A DNA stretch of 64,000 nucleotides. Origin: an uncultured Chloroflexia bacterium (GTDB lineage: Bacteria; Chloroflexota; Limnocylindria; Limnocylindrales; CSP1-4). The notes below the pieces were generated by a model, which was not told the origin of the DNA, ran no database searches, and worked only from the letters and a program-made list of their open reading frames with translations. The position numbers and the translations under genes are program-made. Of the stretch, positions 60,040-64,000 are shown piece by piece; the first letter of the stretch is position 1; each line of letters starts with the position of its first letter. The DNA is taken from positions 1-64,000 of the forward strand of contig CAVVNQ010000018.1 in assembly GCA_963749705.1 (NCBI GenBank), written 5' to 3'.

Positions 60040-61157
60040 CCGCCATCATGTCGATCCGCGCGGACAAGGTTCGCGTCCCGTTTCGCCGCCCGTTCGTGAC
60101 CGCGGCCGGGATGTGGACGGCGCGCGAGGCCTGGATCATCCGGCTGGTCGATGCCGATGGGCGAACCGGCGTGGGCGAGGCCGTGCTCGAGCCGGCTGAC
60201 GGCGAGACCGCGTCGACCGTGCTCGACCACCTGGTCCGCGAGGCGGCTTCGATCGGCCCCGGCGACCAGCTGCCGGACGCGGTCGAGCTCGAGGGTCACG
60301 GTGGGCCCGGACGGGCGCTTCGGGCGGCGATCGACTCGGCCCGGCTCGACCTCGAGCGGACCACGACCCGTAGCCTGGGTGCCGACGGGGCGGGCATCGG
60401 GGTCAACGCCACGATCGCATCGCTCGGGCCGAAGGCCTCGGCCGAGGCGGCGCGCCAGGGGATGGAAGCCGGGTTCACCACGTTCAAGCTCAAGGCGGGC
60501 GCCGAGCGCGAGACCGAGGCCCTGGTCGAGCGGGTGCGCGCGGTCCGTGAGGCCGTCGGGCCCGACGTGCGGCTGCGCCTGGACGTCAACGGTGCCTGGG
60601 ACCTCGAGACAGCGACGGACCGGCTCGAGGCGATCGGCCGGTTCGGGCTCGAGTACGTCGAGCAGCCACTGGCGGGCGACGACGAGGCCGCGCTCGCCGA
60701 GCTTCGACGCCGGGTGACGACGCCGATCGCCGCCGACGAGTCGGTGACGTCGCTCCGGACGGCGCGGATCCTGCTCGACGCGGCCGCGGTCGACGTCCTC
60801 GTGGTCAAGCCGGCCCGCGTGGGCGGTCCGGTCGCGGCGGCCGAGATCGCGGAGCTCGCGGCGGATCGCGGGGTGCCCGTGGTCGTCAGCACGCTGTTCG
60901 AGACGGGGATCGGGATCGCGGCGGGGCTGGCTGCTGCCGCGGCGCTGCCCGAGGTGGCGTCGTTGCGACTCGAGCACGCGCCCGATCACGGCCTGGCGAC
61001 CGCGGGGCTGCTCGAGCACGACCTGCTCCTCGATGGGCTGTTCCTCGATTCGGGTCGCATGTGGGTACCCGGCGGTCCGACGGCGGGCGGTCTGGGGATC
61101 GAGGTCGACGAGCGCGCGCTGGCGCGGTTCCGCGTCGAATCCGTGGGGGCGGTCTGA
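60036..61157 (+). CDS. menC: o-succinylbenzoate synthase
   Basis: FKLKAG, RLDVNGAW, YVEQP, AADES, VVKP. TTGA overlap start, or ATG 60048. Confidence 0.9.
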   Translation: MTAIMSIRADKVRVPFRRPFVTAAGMWTAREAWIIRLVDADGRTGVGEAVLEPADGETASTVLDHLVREAASIGPGDQLPDAVELEGHGGPGRALRAAIDSARLDLERTTTRSLGADGAGIGVNATIASLGPKASAEAARQGMEAGFTTFKLKAGAERETEALVERVRAVREAVGPDVRLRLDVNGAWDLETATDRLEAIGRFGLEYVEQPLAGDDEAALAELRRRVTTPIAADESVTSLRTARILLDAAAVDVLVVKPARVGGPVAAAEIAELAADRGVPVVVSTLFETGIGIAAGLAAAAALPEVASLRLEHAPDHGLATAGLLEHDLLLDGLFLDSGRMWVPGGPTAGGLGIEVDERALARFRVESVGAV

Positions 61158-63568
61158 TGGGCGATCGGCCGGCGGGTCGAGGGCCCTGGGCGCCGGACCG
61201 GCTCGTCCGCGCGCACGCGGCCGACGCGGGTGGCGCGCTCGCGATCATGGATCGATCCGGCTCGCTGACCTGGGCCGGGCTCGACGCGCGGTGCGAGGCC
61301 GCCGCGGGCGCGGTCCGGGCGGCGGGCGGCGGACCCGGAGCGATCGTCGGCGTCGTCGCAGAGGCATCCGCGGACACGATCGCGACCATGCTCGGCGTGC
61401 TGCGCGCGGGCGCGATCCTGGCGCCGATCCCGGCCGGGATGGTGACCCGGGAGATCCACGCCGCGCTCGGCGTGCTCGAGCCTGCGCTCGTCGTGGCATC
61501 GGAGCGCTCTGGCGCGACCGTATCCAGCGCCGGATACCCGGTCCTGGCGTTCGAGGCGGTCCGGTCCGGGCGACCCGACGAGGTCGCCGACGCGCCGTTT
61601 GATCCGGAGTCTCCGGCCGTCATCGTGCTGACGTCCGGGACCACGGGCCGGCCGCGGGGCGTCGTCCTGTCCGGCCGCGCGATGGCCGCGAGCGCCGATG
61701 CGTGGCTCGCCGGTCTGCCCCCCGCGACGGGCTGGCTGCTGGCGCTCGGGCTGGGGCATGTCGCCGGTCTCGGCGTCGTGTGGCGGGCGATCGTCGACCG
61801 GGTCCCGATCCGGATCGCCGCAGCCGGCGATCCGGGCGCGCAGCTCGCGGCGCTCGACGCGGAGCCGGCGCCCAGCCACGTCTCGCTGGTTCCGGCGCAG
61901 CTCGCCCGGCTCCTCGACACGGCCGCGAACGCGCCCGCCCCGCCGTCGCTCCGGGCGGTGCTGCTCGGTGGCGGCCCGATCCCGCCCGCGCTGGTGACCC
62001 GGGCCGTCGGCGCCGGATGGCCGGTCGTCCCGACGTACGGCCTGTCCGAGACGGCGTCCGGGGCGACCGCCCTGCCGACGGCCGACGCGCTCGAGCATCC
62101 CGACAGCGCGGGCCGGCCGCTGCCGGGCGTCCGGGTGACGATCGATGCCGCCGACGCGGACGGGGTGGGGGAGATCCTGGTCGAGACCGAAAGCCGGTTC
62201 AGCGGGTACCTGGGCGAGGAGGCGGGCACCCGCGACGCGGCGAGCACGGACGAAGCCTCGGCCGCGAAGGAGGCTTCGGCCGCGGCCGTCGCCCTTGCGC
62301 CGTCCACCGACCGCGAAGCCGGACCGGTGCGCACGGGCGATCTCGGCCGCCTGGACGCCGACGGCCGCCTGTTCATCGTCGATCGCCGCGTCGACCGCAT
62401 CGTCCGCGGCGGGCAGAACATCGCGCCGGCCGAGGTCGAGGCCGTGCTGCTCGCCAACCCGGCGATCGCAGATGCGGCCGTGGTCGCGCGCCCGGACGAG
62501 CGGCGGGGTCACGTGCCCGTGGCCGCCGTCGTGCTCCGCCCACGAGGCGCGGACACCATCGACGACGATGCGCTCGATCGCCACTGCCGGCGTTTGCTCG
62601 CGGGCTACAAGGTGCCGGTCGCGTTCACCCGGCTGGACACCCTGCCCCGCACGACGGGCGGCAAGCTGCGCCGCGACGCCGTCCGGGCCCTGCTCGCCGG
62701 CGCGCCGGCGGGGGTGCTGGCGCGGCCCGGTGGTGACGAGATCGGCTGGCGGGTCAGCGGCACGGGCGAGCTGCCGATCGTCCTGCTCCCGGGCACGCTG
62801 TCGACCGCCGCCCAGCTCGACCGCCTCGCCGCAGCGCTGGCGGCGCCCGGGGATGTCGCCGTCCACGCGCTCGACCGGCGCGGCACCGGCACGGGACGCC
62901 TGGACCCGCCGCGTCCGCTCGACGTCGCCGTCCACGTCGCCGATCTCGTCGCGTACCTCGACGCGCGAGGCATCGAACGGGCCGTCCTGGTCGGCGTGAG
63001 CTTCGGCGGCGTGCTGGCGCTCGAGGCGGCCGCCCGGTGCCCGGAGCGCGTCTTGGCCGTCGTGGCGTACGAGCCACCGTATGGCCCGGTCGCCGACGAC
63101 GCGAGCCGGCGATGGTTCGCGGAGGTCGCCGAGGCGGTGGAGCGGGCGCACCGGGCGGACGGGGCGCCCGCGGCGGCCGAGACCTTCCTGCGCGCGGTCG
63201 CCGGCGACGACGCCTGGAGCGGCCTCCCCGCGCGGTCGCGGACCTTCCTCGCGAGCCAGGGGGACGGCGCGCTCGCCGACGCCGGGTTGTTCGGGCTCGA
63301 CCCCGACGGGCTGGCGACGATCCGTGTTCCGGTGACCATCCTCAACGGGAGCGCGAGCGAACCCTTCTACGCCCCGATCGCCGACGCGCTGGCCGCCCGG
63401 ATCCCCGGGGCGATCCGCCGGACGCTCGACGGTCTGGCGCACCCGTCGCCCATCACCAGCCCGGCGCGCGTCGCCGCCGCCGTGCGAGCGGCGCTCGCCT
63501 CGGCCGGCCTCATCCCCGTCGCCGGCGTCCCCGACCCCGTCGCCCCTGCCGCGGAGCCTTCCCGATGA
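61157..63568 (+). CDS. menE: OSB-CoA ligase MenE fused to C-terminal alpha/beta hydrolase
   Basis: TSGTTGRPRG, TYGLSET, RTGDLG, GGQNIAPAEVE, GYKVP, GKLRR, then in frame LLPGT...DRRGTG...GVSFGG...GLAHPSP. Confidence 0.9.
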   Translation: MGDRPAGRGPWAPDRLVRAHAADAGGALAIMDRSGSLTWAGLDARCEAAAGAVRAAGGGPGAIVGVVAEASADTIATMLGVLRAGAILAPIPAGMVTREIHAALGVLEPALVVASERSGATVSSAGYPVLAFEAVRSGRPDEVADAPFDPESPAVIVLTSGTTGRPRGVVLSGRAMAASADAWLAGLPPATGWLLALGLGHVAGLGVVWRAIVDRVPIRIAAAGDPGAQLAALDAEPAPSHVSLVPAQLARLLDTAANAPAPPSLRAVLLGGGPIPPALVTRAVGAGWPVVPTYGLSETASGATALPTADALEHPDSAGRPLPGVRVTIDAADADGVGEILVETESRFSGYLGEEAGTRDAASTDEASAAKEASAAAVALAPSTDREAGPVRTGDLGRLDADGRLFIVDRRVDRIVRGGQNIAPAEVEAVLLANPAIADAAVVARPDERRGHVPVAAVVLRPRGADTIDDDALDRHCRRLLAGYKVPVAFTRLDTLPRTTGGKLRRDAVRALLAGAPAGVLARPGGDEIGWRVSGTGELPIVLLPGTLSTAAQLDRLAAALAAPGDVAVHALDRRGTGTGRLDPPRPLDVAVHVADLVAYLDARGIERAVLVGVSFGGVLALEAAARCPERVLAVVAYEPPYGPVADDASRRWFAEVAEAVERAHRADGAPAAAETFLRAVAGDDAWSGLPARSRTFLASQGDGALADAGLFGLDPDGLATIRVPVTILNGSASEPFYAPIADALAARIPGAIRRTLDGLAHPSPITSPARVAAAVRAALASAGLIPVAGVPDPVAPAAEPSR

Positions 63569-64000
63569 CCACGCCGCTGCCCCCGGATCACACCCCGACG
63601 GGCGCCTCGACCGGCGCCGGCAACGCCGCGGCGCCGCCCGAGGTCCAGGTCATGTTCGACCGCATCGCGTCGCGCTACGACGTGATGAACCTGCTGATCT
63701 CGGCGCTCCAGGAGCCGCGCTGGCGTCGCCGCCTGGTCACGGACGCGCGGCTTCGGCCGGGCGGATCGGCGCTCGATGTCGCGTCCGGGACGGGCAAGGT
63801 TGCGGCCGACCTCCACCGCCGCGTCCAGCCCGGCGGCCGGGTCCTGGGCGTGGATCTGTCGCCCGCGATGACCGCGGTGGCGCAGCGGCGATACGCGGAT
63901 CGAGCCGGGCTCGAGTACGTCGTCGGCGATGCGCTCGCGCTGCCGACCGACGACGGCACCTTCGACGCCGCGACGATCGCGTTCGGGATGCGCAACCTGC
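63565..64000 (+). CDS. menG: Demethylmenaquinone methyltransferase (UbiE/MenG), truncated by window end
   Basis: VQVMFDRIASRYDVMN, LDVASGTG, GVDLSPAM, GDALALP, IAFGMRN; ATGA overlap with menE. Confidence 0.92.
   Translation, partial: MTTPLPPDHTPTGASTGAGNAAAPPEVQVMFDRIASRYDVMNLLISALQEPRWRRRLVTDARLRPGGSALDVASGTGKVAADLHRRVQPGGRVLGVDLSPAMTAVAQRRYADRAGLEYVVGDALALPTDDGTFDAATIAFGMRNL

Overview
High-GC bacterial chromosomal window, mostly core and housekeeping genes. Gene content and style suggest Chloroflexota (Limnocylindria/Ellin6529-like); this is inference and was not searched. In order: frameshifted GH3 and GH51 glycosidases; a MacB/LolD-type ABC operon (two giant FtsX permeases, two ATPases); tRNA-Tyr(GTA) and tRNA-Ala(CGC); an EamA transporter; an SOS mutagenesis locus (RecA-like imuA, imuB, DUF6504-like gene, dnaE2 with large insertions) with two GAAC-N4-GTTC LexA boxes, interrupted by three unannotated single-TM micro-peptide genes and a lipoprotein; a surface lamin-tail/multi-OB-fold protein; udp; a DUF5679-like protein; gap-pgk-eno; rpsT with a histone-H1-like tail; pgi, carbonic anhydrase, Eis and MFS; lepA-CPBP-hemW; a REC-PAS-GAF-EAL and histidine kinase pair; CIRCE-hrcA-grpE-dnaK (no dnaJ); an XRE-HTH/PD-(D/E)xK protein; and a TetR-headed menaquinone operon (menF-D-H-B-A-C-E-G) in which MenE is fused to an extra alpha/beta hydrolase. 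No CRISPR array, rRNA, integrase or transposase was seen. Best novelty candidates: the micro-peptide cluster inside the SOS cassette, the MenE-hydrolase fusion (possible MenI substitute) under a TetR operator, and the multi-OB surface protein.
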